Translations under genes and position numbers: made by a program
DNA from: Malacoraja senta
Taxonomy: Eukaryota
Length of the DNA stretch: 64,000 nucleotides
Reading direction: 5' to 3'
NCBI GenBank assembly: GCA_038087875.1
Contig: CM075992.1
Coordinates: 2,172,001-2,236,000 of the forward strand
Shown: one piece after another, positions 48,108 through 61,552 of the stretch
How the letters are laid out: the number at the start of each line of letters is the position of its first letter
Position numbering within the stretch: position 1 is the stretch's first letter
The notes under the pieces: model-generated
What the model saw: only the letters and a program-made list of their open reading frames with translations
Database searches by the model: none
Told to the model about the DNA's origin: nothing

Positions 48108-51100
48108 CTGCGAAAGAAGCCAAGTCGGAATCACGGGTGTAATATCAGCCTGCTCCACAATAATCCTTCTCTACCCAAGGGGTCAACTACTCACTTGTGT
48201 TGTGAGTAGTGTAGCCCCTTGTATCAGGAGTGGTATCACTGCTGAGGTATGGGACCTCAACCCTCTCCCTGTCCACACTATAGATTCCAGCTGAGATCAC
48301 TAGACAACAGCTGATCAGGAGTTGGGATCCTGAAAAGTTGTGGAGACTTTGTGATGTTCCTTTACGCTGACTCTGCTGAAACCAAGTAACTCATCGCAGC
48401 CTAGGGTCTAAGTATTGTGTGACTCTGCCATTGTAGCAGGATCTCTCACCCACTGAGGAACCAGGGCAGGTGATCTATTTCCCAGATACAAGGAACTGGA
48501 GATGGTGGTTTACAAAAATAAGATACAAAGTGCTGGAGTAACTCAGAGTGTCAGGGAGCATCTCTAGAGGACATGGATAGGTGACATATGGGGTTGGGAC
48601 CCTTCTTCCTATCTATCTCTGATGGCATTTTGTTTTGTCCAATCTTATTTAATGTGGAGTCAACTGCAGCTTTCTCTACTCTTAGGTTCCAAGTCTAGAG
48701 AAATTTACTTTGGGCCTTTGAGCTTGTCCAATACCTTGGCTATTACCATCCTCTCTCTACTGATAATGCTGCAATGTTCCTTAAAGAAGAAATAGTTCCT
48801 CATTTCAGTCTTAAATGAGCTCCTGTTATTCTGAGGAAGGGTCTCGACCCAAAACATCACCCATTCCTTCGCTCCATAGATGCTGCCTCACCCTCTGAGT
48901 TACTCCAGCATTTTTGACTACCTTCCTGTTATTCTGGGATCAGCCTCTACCTGTTCGGATTATGTGCGGCCACTTCTTCTCGAGAGCAGGGGTATTCAAC
49001 AAGTCAAAAATAGCCAGACTTGATCGACAGAGATACGGAGGACATGATCCTCCGAAAGAGGTGGTTCCCATTTCAGATAGTTTTTTTAGACTTTTAGGGA
49101 CACCGCATGGAAACAGGCCCTTCAGCCCACTGAGTCCATGCCGACCAGCGATCACCCCATACACTATCCTACACACTGGGGATCATTTACAATTTTACCA
49201 AAGCCAATTAACCTACAAATCTTTGGAGTGTGGAAGAAAACCGGAGCACCTTGGGGGCAGCAATTCTGGAGCAGCAACTCTACCACTGCACTACTGTGCT
49301 GCCCCAGATGACGATGAAGAAGAATCTATTCTGTCAAAGAATTACAGGTCTTTTGAATTCTCACAAGAGGAAGCCTCCTCAGCATTTACTTTGCATTGTC
49401 TCCAAGAATCTTACATACTAAAAAAAACTAGCTCTCATGCTTCTGAACCGACTGAGTGGAATTCCAACTTGCTTAATCTACCTTTGTTGAACAATCACCC
49501 CCATTATCTGGAATCATCCCAGTGAACCAGTTTGTTGTGCTTTGGATGTGTGGCGAGGTTTGGTGTTACTAGCCTAGGTTGTAGACAAGTGACGTTCACC
49601 ATCAATAGCATGGAGACCACACTATTCCAGTCATTGACTGCTAACTTTTTCAGACAAAACTCCAAAATGTAATCGCAAATGAGGATGGGCACTAGCACTA
49701 TTTGATTCATCAGTTGAACAGCGTTCATTTACTCTCAACTTACAGTCTAGAACACGCAATTTAAGAAGGGAAGCCAGGCGTTTATCTTCTTCAGACTCCT
49801 CGAGCAGTGGGATGCTGAGATTTGCTTTGTTCCGAAGAGCTTCATCTTTCTCTTCCGTCTCTTTCAATACTTTCTTCTCATCCTAAAGGTAAGGGAAACC
49901 AAATATATAATCAATATCCTGGGGGGGAGCAGAGCAAAGCCATTGAAGTGGCATGATTCACAGGAGTTGGTAGAATTAAAAAAAAACTAAATCCCACAGA
50001 TGCTGCAAATCTGAAGTTTAAAAAAATCAGGTAACATTAGGGTCAGGCAAGAACTATGAAGTGCGAAGCAGAATTAAAGTTTCAGTACATTATCTTCTAT
50101 TAATTGTTGCCTATCCTGTTGAATGTTTCCAGCATTTTCCCTATTTAGGCGTGAAAAACCCCACTAACAGAACCAAAAATGGTCAGTGATGGATTTAGTG
50201 ATTATCTTGACTGATTTTCCTTAATAATAACACAGCATGGTGGAAGGAGGGGAGGGGGCATCCCTACAATGACGAGTCCTTGTGGGAGAAGCTTTACACA
50301 CTAACCCGTGGTATTTAATGGGTGAACTAGCTGTGAACTACTCATATTTCTGGGGAGAAGGAATAAAGACTGAATCAGCATAGAGTCGCAGCAATAGGAT
50401 TCCATGCTGTAGCATTGTTCCCTTCCTGTGATAGTTAGAGCATCACACCTACCCGGAATTTCTTGCGCAGCATGCTGTTAATGGCAAAGTCATCCTTCCA
50501 TGCACTCTGCATATCCTGGATATTGGACAAGGTGGGAACAGCAATCTTCAGCTTCTCCTGGTCCCCCACTCCATGTTCTAGCTTGTACATGGGATCAGTT
50601 TCCAACTTCTTCTTCTGTTCATGCTCTGAAGAATGAATGGCCGCATCATGATTAAATACAGGGAGCACAAGACTCACCCCTTGCCACACCAACAACTTTG
50701 ATGGAGCAAAACCAACCATTGCACATTATAGGTGTAAGAACAAAGGACAAGTTGAAGCAGAAGATCACACACATACAACCTATTCTGTATTTAATTATGT
50801 GTAGGAAGAAACTGCAGATGCTGGTATACATCTGCTATTATTTGTCAACTGGCAAACCATTTGACCCATTTTCCAAATTTATTTTAGCCAGTGCACCCAC
50901 CATACCAATTTAAGTTGACAATATGTAAGGTGTTGCTTCCGGTTTCCAATCTCCCTCCACCAACAACTCCCTGGTTACGTACCAGTTGTGAGAATCTGTT
51001 CGTTGTCCTTCATGTCCCAGCGTTCCTCCTTCCGCCGGGCTCCGCTCACAATCACATAGTCACAGTTTGCTGGGTCTGTCTGTATCTCAATATAGTTGAC

Positions 51101-54100
51101 ACACAAGTGGCACTTCATCCGAAATCTGCAATATCAATATTGTCATTTACTATAGCGCAGCCCAAGAGACCCATCGATCCATCTATCCCTCCCACCCCAT
51201 CACAAGGAAGATATACCGAGAGAGACAAGGACACAAACCCTGACTAAACCACAGGGAGGATTGAACTAAGGAGACAGACAGATGAACATGGATCCTGTCC
51301 ATGTGCTGAGAGAACACGGCAATATTGATAATATGGGGACAATACCGGGCAGAGGAAGGGTGGATAGAGTATGCAGTGGCTGGGATACAAGTGACACACC
51401 CTGTGAATCTCACCACCAAATTGTGGAAGGTAGACAAAAATGCTGGAGAAACTCAGCGGGTGAGGCAGCATCTATGGAGCGAAGGAAATAGGCGACGTTT
51501 CGGGTCGAGACCCTTCTTCAGACTGATGTGGGGGTGGCGGGAAGAAGAAAGGAAGAGGCGGAGACAGTGGGCTGTGGGAGAGCTGGGAAGGGGAGGGGAA
51601 AGAAGGAGAAAGCAGGGACTACCTGAAATTGGAGAAGTCAATGTTCATACCGCTGGGGTGTAAACTACCCAAGTGAAGTATGAGGTGATGGTCCTCCAAT
51701 TTACCAAAATGTGGATGCCCTTTTAGAAATTGCAAAGCCATATATGATTGCTATTCACTGGTTTTGTGGAGAACAGGGCACTGAATCCACTTCTACTTAT
51801 AGTCAAAGGACAGGGAAGACTCCAAACAATATAATCACACAATGAACAGGACATGAGGAAAATAAAATTTAGTTTAGTTTAAAGGTACAGCATGAAAACC
51901 GGCCCTTCAGCCCATCAGGTCCACACCCAGCATTGATCACCTTTTCACACTAGTTCTATGTTATCTCAATTTCACCTCCACCCCTTACACACTGGGGGCA
52001 ATTTTACAGAACGAAATTAACCTACAAACTCACACGTCATTGGGATGTGGGAGAAAACCAGAGCACCCAGAGGAAACTCATATGGTCACAGGGAGAACAT
52101 GCAAATGCCACACAGAGGTCAGGATCGAACCTCTCTGGAGTTATGAGGCAGCTCTTCCAGCTGCACCACTGTGCAACCTCTAAAAGTTACTTTTGCTTAA
52201 GCATTAATCATGGACGATTAATTTGTCTTGACTTGGCAGTGGAGCAGCTGGGGTGAATTACAAAAAAAAAACTGGTGGTACCTGTAAATGGGGGTCGTGT
52301 AGTAGTTCCCAACTTTCTTCTTCTCTGCATTGTACCGAACACCTGGAACCAGCAAGATCACGGTCACCAACTGACAAGAGCTAAAGTTCCACTGTTGCAT
52401 TCAACCACCCCAGGGAAGCTCTAGTAGGGGTTAAACATAAGGTCATATGTGATAGGAGTAAAATTAGGCCATTCGGCACATCGAGTCAACTCTGCCATTT
52501 AATCATGGCTGATCTATCTCTCTCTCCTAACTCCATTCTCCTGCCATCTCCCCATAATCGCCGACTTCATGGTAAAGTTTTCTCTACACCGTTCCATAAA
52601 ACATTCTTAGTATCAGTTTAGTTTATTGTCACGTGTACTGAGGTACAGTGAAAAGCTTTTGTTGCATGCTAACCAGTCAGCAGAAAGACAATACATGTTT
52701 ACAATCGAGCCATTTACTGTGTACAGATACATGATAAGGGGAATAACGTGAATAACGTTTAGTGCAAGATAAAGTCCAGTAAAGTCTGATCAGATAGTCG
52801 GATGGTCTCCAGTGAGTAGATAGTGGCTCAGGACTGCTCGCTGGTTGTTAGGATGGTTCAGTTCTGGGAAGAAACTGTTGCTGAATCTGATGGTGTGCGT
52901 TTTCACACTTCTATACCTTTTGCCCGATGTGAGAGGGGAGAAGAGTGGCCGAGGTGCGACTCGTCCTTGATTATTTTTACAAATTCTAATATATTTATTA
53001 ACAGTCCCCTGTCTTACCCATTCCGATGTGCTTTCCACAACCATCACACCAGATGTTGTATGGCATCTCAAACCTTTGAGAAAGGAAATGATTTGATTAC
53101 TGATCAACATCCAACTAAACCAGAATGGCATTGCATATGAGTGGGCCATTGTCTGAGTCTTTGTTCAAAAGGTCACTGTGTAAGCACCACCAGACTGTTT
53201 GACCGACCGTGCAATGGGAACCAAGCTGACCGCAGAGAGAACACTGGAGATATTAGTACCTTGGGGTGAACAATTAAACTCTCATTCAGGGTATTCTATG
53301 AGGTATATCAGAGGTTGAGGGGAGACTTGATGGGCATGTAAAATGTTGAGGGGAGACAATAGAAACATGTAAAATTATGAGAGGCATAGATAGGGTAGTC
53401 GGTCTTCAGGGTGGAAATGTCTGACACTAGTTGACATTGCGATAAGGTGAGAGGGGTAAGCTGAATGGAGATGTGTGGGACAAGTTTATTTTTATATGGA
53501 GAGTGGTGAGGGCCTGGGACACGCTGCCACGGGTGGTGATGGAGGCAGATACGATACGATAGTGTTGTTAAATGGCTTTTGGATAGGCACATGGAAGTGC
53601 AGGGAATAGAGGGATATGGGTCACATACAGGCAAATGAGATCAGTTGAACTTGGCATCATGTTCGGTACAAACATTGTGGGCCGAGGGCCCCGTTCGTAT
53701 GCTGTGTACTGTTCTATTCAACGGTACACCACACAGAATACTGGGCACCCCCACACCAGGCACGCAAATACAGCACAACAGGTAGCTTAGAATATAAAAC
53801 AAATGCAGGAAACTTACCGGATGATGAGGATGCCTTGGGATAGTTTCCGGGCCCTTTCCCGGAGAGGATGACTGTTCTTGTATTTGTTGAGGGAGCCATG
53901 CTGTCAGGTTAAAAAGACAGAGAAAACACAAGGAAAATATAAGACAAAACATATTCACAGACCATGTTATTCATCCAAGCACTGCGACTTCCACTTAACC
54001 AAGACTGTTTGGTAGCCCTCTTGCAATGTACTGTGGGATATTGTTATTTTGCTCCCTGAATTCAAAATACGCCACACTTGCATTGGAGGCAGTGCAGCGT

Positions 54101-56160
54101 GATTTCATGGAATAAGGAGGCTTTGAAAAGAGGTCAAGTAGAATTGGCCTGTGTTCACTGGAGTTTGTAAGATTTTGTAGAAACATGTCGGATTCTGAGA
54201 GAAAAAAAAGAAAAAGGTTGGAGTAACTCAGTGGGTCAGGCAGCTTCTCTGGAGAACATGGATAGGTGACGTTTCACAGAGTGCTGGAGTAACTCAGCGG
54301 GTCAGGCAGCATCTGTGGAGAACATGGATAGGTGACGTTTCACAGAGTGCTGGAGTAACTCAGCAGGTCAGGCAGCATCTCTGGAGAATACGGATAGGAC
54401 TGAAGGGTCCAAACCCAAAAAATCACATATCCATGTTCTCCAGAGATGCTGCCTGAGCCACTGAGTTGCTCCAGCCCTTTGTGTCCTTTTTTTGTAATCC
54501 AGCATGTGCCGTTCCTTGTTCCTTCATGATTCTGAGAGAGATTGGCACAGTAACACTGAAAATATCTCCTCCAACTGGTGAGTCTAAATGTGTGGGATAA
54601 TATTCAAGATAATGGGTTTACCATTTTGGATTCACGTGAGCAGACCTTTTAAGAAACTAACAAATTATTATTTATTGAAATAAATTAAAAACATGGTTGT
54701 TGTGCTGTAGGAGAGTGAAGGGGTTCAGACAGGAAATGCTCAAGATCAGGAATTGCCTTTTCTTACTGAATGGCAGAGGTTTGAGGAGCTAGTTTCTAAC
54801 TGGGAAATGCCCAGATTTCTCCTGATTGTCCTGGATTTTGTGAAATAATTAGGCTTCTGGAAATTTGGAATAGTCCTGGTTACTTTGGGCTAAAAGATCC
54901 TTCTTCTAAATCACGAAAGTAAAGCTAAAGTTGCAGCTGTGCAAGCACCCACAAGAACTGTGGCCTGGAAAGTCTCAGAATCAGGAATACTCTAAAACTC
55001 TCAGGTACATGTTAAGGACTGCTCCCATTATATTCTTGTACATGTTAAGGACTGCTCCCATTATATTCTTATGTTTAAAGATGCTTAATACAGAAATGAA
55101 AGCTTTGGTACAATACATTGCTCCACACCTTTCCTGTGGATACCATTTTCATTTTTTGATTTCTGTTTCACCCCACACACAATAAACACTAACCTTGGCA
55201 GGATCAAAGTCAGGTGGGTAATATTTATTGACACCCTTCCGTTCACCCTGTAAAAGAAAAAATAACAACTATGATTGGAAATGCCCTTTTCCTTAAAACA
55301 CACCCCTCCCTTCCTCCCCAGATGCAGTGATTCTTCAGAATGTGTCAATCCAAAGGGAAGGTCACCCTCTGGATCTTAGAGCTGCTCTTCATTAGGTAGC
55401 ACCAGCAGAATATCAATCAACAAGGATTCAACAGTGGAGTTCAGTTTCAGTTTAGTTCAGTTTAGTTTATTGTCACGTATACCGAGGTACAGTGAAAAGC
55501 TTTTTGTTGCATGCTAACCAGACAAACACATGATTACAATCAAGCCATTTACAGTGTATAGATCTGTAGGAGTAGACATTTAAAAGTAATATTTGATTGT
55601 AGAACTGCTTCTGTGGCTGGCACACAAATAGTCGCCTGGGTTGGGCGCCATCAATGTGGAGTTTGCATGTTCTCCCCGTGACTATGTGGACACTATAATT
55701 TACCCCTAGTAAATTACCGCTAGTAATTACCCTCCTAGTAAATTAGGCTGTTAGTAGAATTTGGGATGTTGATGGAAATGTAGGGGGAAAAAATTAAAAG
55801 GAAAACCAGTGGCGTAATGGGAATGCTCTGAGCCAGCATGGACTCAATGGGGCAAATTGGGTTCCAATTTTGTAAGGAAATATTGAAATTCCCATCCACG
55901 TTCAAATTATATAAATGCTTTCACATGATGTAGTTTTGAGGCTCAATCAGTAATAAGCCAACCAGTTTAAGGTCAACAGAATCTAGATGCTGTCAGATTT
56001 AGGAGATAGGATCACAAAGAGAAAGCTCGCTAACTACAAATTATTAGAACGTCTCAATCTTTGTTCCAGGTTCTTGTTGTTTGTTTAAAAGTATAAAGCC
56101 AGATCACTAAAACTTCCCAATCACATTCAAAACATTAAACACTGCCACCAGACTTACCAT
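47653..56160 (-). CDS. YJU2B: CCDC130 / YJU2B splicing factor homolog; 9 coding exons, 388 aa
   Basis: Exons 56160-56158 (ATG), 55247-55194, 53900-53818, 53073-53018, 52342-52282, 51125-50983, 50625-50453, 49882-49744 and 48107-47653 join in frame (1167 nt); MGERKGVNKYYPPDF, FEMPYNIWCDGC, MKCHLC, C-terminal SLVADYSDS. Confidence 0.97.
49744..49882 (-). CDS. YJU2B: YJU2B exon
   Basis: DEKKVLKETEEKDEALRNKANLSIPLLEESEEDKRLASLLK. Confidence 0.93.
50453..50625 (-). CDS. YJU2B: YJU2B exon
   Basis: EHEQKKKLETDPMYKLEHG...AWKDDFAINSMLRKKFR. Confidence 0.95.
50983..51125 (-). CDS. YJU2B: YJU2B exon
   Basis: FRMKCHLCVNYIEIQTDPANCDYVIVSGARRKEERWDM. Confidence 0.95.
51427..51703 (-). mobile_element. 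Penelope-like element 3' fragment
   Basis: KLEDHHLILHLGSLHPSGMNIDFSNFR stop, homologous to the ORF end at about 6750-6830, followed by the shared tail. Confidence 0.8.
52282..52342 (-). CDS. YJU2B: YJU2B exon
   Basis: GVRYNAEKKKVGNYYTTPIYR. Confidence 0.95.
52612..52970 (-). mobile_element. Rex1/Babar-clade LINE 3' fragment (tail also near 18912, 36270, 38840, 55455)
   Basis: PLFSPLTSGKRYRSVKTHTIRFSNSFFP; tail TGACAATAAACTAAAC. Confidence 0.75.
53018..53073 (-). CDS. YJU2B: YJU2B exon
   Basis: FEMPYNIWCDGCGKHIGM. Confidence 0.95.
53818..53900 (-). CDS. YJU2B: YJU2B exon
   Basis: HGSLNKYKNSHPLRERARKLSQGILIIR. Confidence 0.95.
55194..55247 (-). CDS. YJU2B: YJU2B exon
   Basis: GERKGVNKYYPPDFDPAK. 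Confidence 0.95.
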
Positions 56161-56213
56161 TGCTTATTCTGTGCTCTTGGTCCAACTCCACCAGATTCTT
56201 CTACTCCAATACA
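56158..56213 (-). CDS. YJU2B: YJU2B exon ending in the start ATG (only 56158-56160 coding)
   Basis: TTCAG acceptor; ATG|GTAAGT donor. Confidence 0.85.
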
Positions 56214-57239
56214 CTGAATAAACAGAAAGAAACATGAAAGCACATTTAAAGTGTATTATACTAACATTTCATCCACTTTTTTTTCAGCGAGAACTTGAAT
56301 TCCTTTCCTTGTTTTTTTTCTCAGCCCAGCACAACGTGATAAAACAGATATGATCTCAGAAAGTTGAGGTGTGGATGGTAATCAGGAATAGAGAGGGAAC
56401 TCCCATGTGAACCAGAGGTCTGCAAGCCCTCAGTTGCTGTTTATAATCAAAAAAGTGCTCAATAAATTAGTAAGTAATATCAACTATGTCAAAGGGCATT
56501 TTGTTAGTGTAAGGAAAGTGCTGTGGATGTTAAGGACAGCCATGATCTTACTGAATCATGGGGTAATCGTAAGGGGGCTGTGTGAAAGGTCTACTTCTGA
56601 TTCTGTTTCACATTCACTTAAATCATGTACAAATCCAGAGATGAATCCCATTCGATTCTTTTGGGGACATGGTAACTAGGGGAGGGGTGGGGGGAGCACA
56701 AAAAGATGATGGGCTGAGGGTGATAGACATGTTGCTGTTCAGACGAGAGAAAAGGTATCAGGAATGGGTAGAGGGGTGTGCTGTACAAGGAAGGTAGTTG
56801 AAAGTTAGGAGGATCCACAATGCATTGACTGCTATTCCTCATGTCCACAGATTGTAGACACCAACTACTGCCCGAGAGTGGAGGGAAGAGGGGAACAGGA
56901 TGGGGGGGGGGGGGTGGGAATAAGGTAGAAACCCTAATCAATAGACAATAGGTGCAGGAGTAGGCCATTCGGCCCTTCGAGCCAGCACCGCCATTCAATG
57001 TGATCATCCCCAATCAGTACCACAACTGCAAGAGGCACCTGATCCCTAACCAGGGTGAGGGAAGAGAAGAAAGGTCTCGACCAGGAACGTCACCCATTCC
57101 TTCTCTCCAGAGACGCTGCCTGACCCGCTGAGTTACTCCAGCATTTTGTGTCTATTTTAAGAGAATATAAGCTCTGGGCCAGTGGAGGCGCAACGGGTAG
57201 GAGTGAGAAAAGTGTGCCCGACCGCTGACCCACGGCAGA

Positions 57240-57500
57240 GTGGTCCCGGGGCCTGGTGTTGAAGCCTTCCTAGGCCCAAAGGTCGATAGCTGCGGTGAGT
57301 TTAGACCCTTCCCTGGGCAAACCGGACAGGAAAGCGCGGGGGTCGAGGAGGCCCGTGGTATAGGCCCGGTTTCTACAGTAACCCGCCAGCGGAAGTCGTC
57401 GCATCCTTACCTCGGGGCCACTCGCAGCTGCCTAGTGCGCAGGCGCGCCCTCCCTAGCAACCAGCGGGGCCTACAATCACCTCCCACCTCCAGGCGCACC
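57240..57500 (-). promoter_or_regulatory. CCDC130/YJU2B CpG promoter and non-coding exon 1
   Basis: Donor CCGAG|GTAAGG at 57411/57410; NRF1-like TGCGCAGGCGCG 57436-57447; RFX half-site CCTAGCAAC 57453-57461; ETS GCGGAAGT 57389-57396. Confidence 0.7.
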
Positions 57501-57546
57501 TCCTTCACTTAGTTGTAAATATGAAGCTCCACAACAGAGATAGACA

Positions 57547-57773
57547 TATATATATATATACATATATATACAGAGACAGAGACAGAGACAGAGACAGAGA
57601 CAGAGACAGAGACAGAGACAGAGACAGAGACAGAGACAGAGACAGAGACAGAGACAGAGACAGAGACAGAGACAGAGACAGAGACAGAGACAGAGACAGA
57701 GACAGAGACAGAGACAGAGACAGAGACAGAGACAGAGACAGAGACAGAGACAGAGACAGAGACAGAGACAGAG

Positions 57774-57856
<83 letters not shown>
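57547..57856. repeat. Compound microsatellite (TA)n-(GAGACA)~33-(TTAG)~20
   Basis: Read directly. Confidence 0.95.
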
Positions 57857-60497
57857 CTCAGTAAGGACACAAAGTGCAGGGTCTCCACCCGAAACGTCAC
57901 CCATTCCTTCTCTCCAATAATGCTGCCTGTCCCGCTGAGTTACTCCAGCATGATTTTGTGTCTACGGCGTAAACCAGCATCTGCAGGTCAGGCAGCATCT
58001 CTCATACATGTTATTTATTTAATTCAGCTCAAAACCATGAGAGGAATAGGTCGGGCAGATGCACAGTCTCTTGCCCAGAATAGGGGAATCGAGAACCAGA
58101 GGACGTAGATTCATGTGAGGAGAAAAAAATGTAATGGGAACCAAAGGGGTCTCTTTTTCACACAAAGTGAGGTGGGTATATGGAGTGAGCTGCTGGAGGT
58201 GGTAGTTGAGGCAGGTACTATCTCAAAGTTGAAGAAACATTTAGACAGGTAATGGATAGGAAGATTTAGAAGGATATGGGTCAAACGCATGTAGGTCGGA
58301 TTGGTGTAGATGGGACATGTTGGTCGGTGTGGGCAATTTGGGTCGAAGGGCCTGTTTAAGGTTTAGGGTAGATGAGGAGAAGATGGTTCTCCTTGTGGAA
58401 GAATCTAGAACTAGGAGGTTGATGTTTTTCACTTCACCTCGGTACACATGACAGTAAACTGAACTCATGTTAAAAATCAGGGTCGTCCATTTAAGATTGT
58501 GAAGGATTGCAGCTGTGCATCTCTTGCAAATTATTTTTAAGGCAGAGATAGATGGATACTTAATGCAAGAGGGTGAAAAATTACTGTGGATAGGTGAGAA
58601 TGAGCAGTTAAGGTTAGTCAGTTGTGATTATATTGAATGGTGGAGCAGGCTCAAGGAATCAAGTGGGATTGTCCTGGTCCTAATTTGTAGTTCATATACC
58701 TATTTCCACTTCATTTCTTTGCATTCCCATCACCACTTACATTCCATGTACTCTAATCTTTTGTGTTGCACCTAAGATTTCTGAACTCCCAAATACATGA
58801 CATTAACTGATTTGACTTTATATGTCCTGCTGGATACAAGCTAAAAAAAAATGCAGGTTTGACAAATGTAATATCCCATTTGTAAATGTATGAAAGGACA
58901 AAACAGTTGATAGTGCAGGGCACAAGGTAGGATTGTGAGACAGGTGAAGAAACATCACTGTCCTTTATACCACATTGAACAATTTTAGATCATAGCCACC
59001 GTCCCATTGTTTCATATAGCAAGTTTTGATAATGATTCTGCCTTTCCACTGTTGACCATCGGATTTGCACTTCTACATCCCCTCTCAAATCACTTCCTAA
59101 AGGTATTTCATTCTCCTAGTTTCTTCATCTCCAGCTGTCTGACATGTCATCCTTAATTTTTGATATTTAGGGTTCCCCTCCACCAGTTGACAACCACTTC
59201 CCACACTTCTGCTCTCATCCCCTTCTCAATCGCTCCCTCCCAGAACCAGGATAGGGGACTTTTTGTCCTCATCTTCCACCTCACCCTCAAATTCCTTCTC
59301 TTCAGAGATGCTGCCGCCTGAGTTACTCCAACAAATGTAAGGAGATGCTTCCTTCAAGGGACTCTATCACCACTACACCCTTTCTTTTCTTCCCATTCAG
59401 GCATAAAAGACTCATCACGTGATCTTTATCGCCTCTCTTACAGTGCTCAGGACCGCATTTTCAGGTGAAGTAGCGATTACTTATTTCAGTTTGGTACACA
59501 GCTGTCACTGTTTACTATGCAGTTTTCTGTATAATCCTGATGGAACCTGCAAGCTGAAACCTATATTTCTGATTATCATTCTGAAATGCAAACTCTGTAT
59601 TCCTCTCCACTGATTCTGTTTGTCGGCCAAGTACTTAAAGCGTCCATTTTAATATATTTTTCATTATATTACCTTTCATTTCTAGCGAATATTGTTGGCG
59701 TGTTATGTAGTAAACATGGAGGTCAGTTCATGAACCGTTGGTTTCCAAGAACTGCTTTGTTATTAAGAACTGATAATATACTTCAGTGATGTTGATTGTA
59801 GGATAAGTATAGACCAGAACTGTTCTGTTCTTTGAAGTATTACAATGGGATATTTTCAGACCACCCAAGACAACAGATGGGGGCCTTGGTTTGACATCTC
59901 ATCTGTAAGCCAGAGCCCACACTCCCACCCCTATCACAGAGCGTTCCCTCATGTTGCACTGGAATGTCAGACTTTTTTTATGTTCAAGTCTCTGATGTGG
60001 GATTTAGATTTAACCTGCTGACTCAAAGTTGAGAGTGCGACCTGTGGCAGACTGATGCCTTTGATTTGAGATGTGTGTAAAAAGGGAAAGAAATAATCTT
60101 TTGACGATCTGAAGCTCATCCTGGTCTGGAAACTATAACCCACTATGTCACAAATGACACCAAATAAATGTTATTCTGTGTCATTTGTGATATAGTGGGT
60201 TATAGACATGAGTCTTTGCAGATGGTGGAAACTTGAGCAAAAGCAAAGTGCTGGACGAACTCAGTGGTCAGGCAGCATCTGTGGAGGGAATGGACAGGCG
60301 ATATTTCAGGGCAGGTCCCCTCTGCAGATGCTACCTGACCCACTGAGTTTCTTCAAATCTTACTTTAAATTATGTAGAAGAGTAAAGAAACAAAAGTGAG
60401 CTGATTGAAGCTTGTAAATGAACAAGGAACAAGGTACACAAAAATGCTGGAGAAACTCAGCGGGTGCAGCAGCATCTATGGAGCGAAGGAAATAGGT

Positions 60498-60600
60498 GCT
60501 CGGGGGTCGCGTAACTATTTAGCATGTGGGAGTCTCGTTCGTTATCGGAATTAACCAGACAATCGCTCCATCAACTAAGAACGGCCATGCACCACCACCC
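60498..60600 (-). pseudogene. 18S rRNA fragment (about 103 bp), dispersed pseudogene
   Basis: Minus strand GGGTGGTGGTGCATGGCCGTTCTTAGTTGATGGAGCGATTGTCTGGTTAATTCCGATAACGAACGAGAC...TAGTTACGCGACCCCCGAGC matches the conserved eukaryotic SSU rRNA segment with a few changes. Confidence 0.9.
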
Positions 60601-61552
60601 TCCTTTCATGTTTGACCCTTGGAGTCAGTGGAAGTGTGAAATTTCTCTCATCACTTGGATTACACTTTGAGGAGAGAAAAATTTGAGATTCGGAATAAAA
60701 TTCACTCGCACAGAGTTGACGTGGGAAAAAAGTAAATAAATAAACACAATTCTTTTATTCAACGTGTTTGTTGACGCATTTGCAGATAGCAAGATGTTGT
60801 GTTATGGAATGTGATATGGATCATCTTCTAGGTACACAACCCCCCCCCCCCCCCATTCCCAACTTCTTAAATATTGGTGTCCTCTATACTGTTCCCACAT
60901 GAATAAAGGGTTGTCTGGAAAAATAAATGTACTGTGGCGTTAATGCTTTGGACCACCAGGTGGCAGTATGTGGCTGCTTGTGTTGAAAGGAGCTGTTTTT
61001 CCATTGTCAGATTGTAGAGTTAGCCTCACAGTCTGAAGAAGGGTTTCGGGCCCGAAACGTTGCCTATTTCCTTCGCTCCATAGATGCTGCTGCACCCGCT
61101 GAATTTCTCCAGCACTTTTGTCTACCTCCAGTATCACAATAGTTGTACCATGCACACAGCATTCATGTCAGATTTGCTGATGGTTCCAACATCACATCTC
61201 AGTTATAGACCAGTGGATCACCCAAATCCTGGAACTCTCCAGTAATTTATAAAGCTTAGCTAGATACTAGTGACGAGCAGGAACTCCGGCTCACACAGTA
61301 ACATCTACATGGCAAAGTCCATTTGGAAATAATAGTTATTTCTTCTGTTGATTGGCTCTGAGTGGATGGGATGATGGTGGCGTCATAATGTAGCAATGCG
61401 GTTGTCAGAGCAGCATCTCTGGAGAGAAAAAAATGGATGACGTTTCGGGTGGAGATCCTTCTTCAGACCATGGGGCCAGCTGTTGGATTGGCTCCCACTG
61501 TCCATTGCTTTCTTCAGCTGCATGTAAGAAATGGATGGTGGGTTGGGACATA

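Noticed and set aside
57521..57778. RD-repeat protein ORF
   Set aside because: (GAGACA)n microsatellite.
60498..60600. Functional rRNA gene or rDNA unit
   Set aside because: Only about 100 bp, mutated in conserved positions, with no flanking rDNA.
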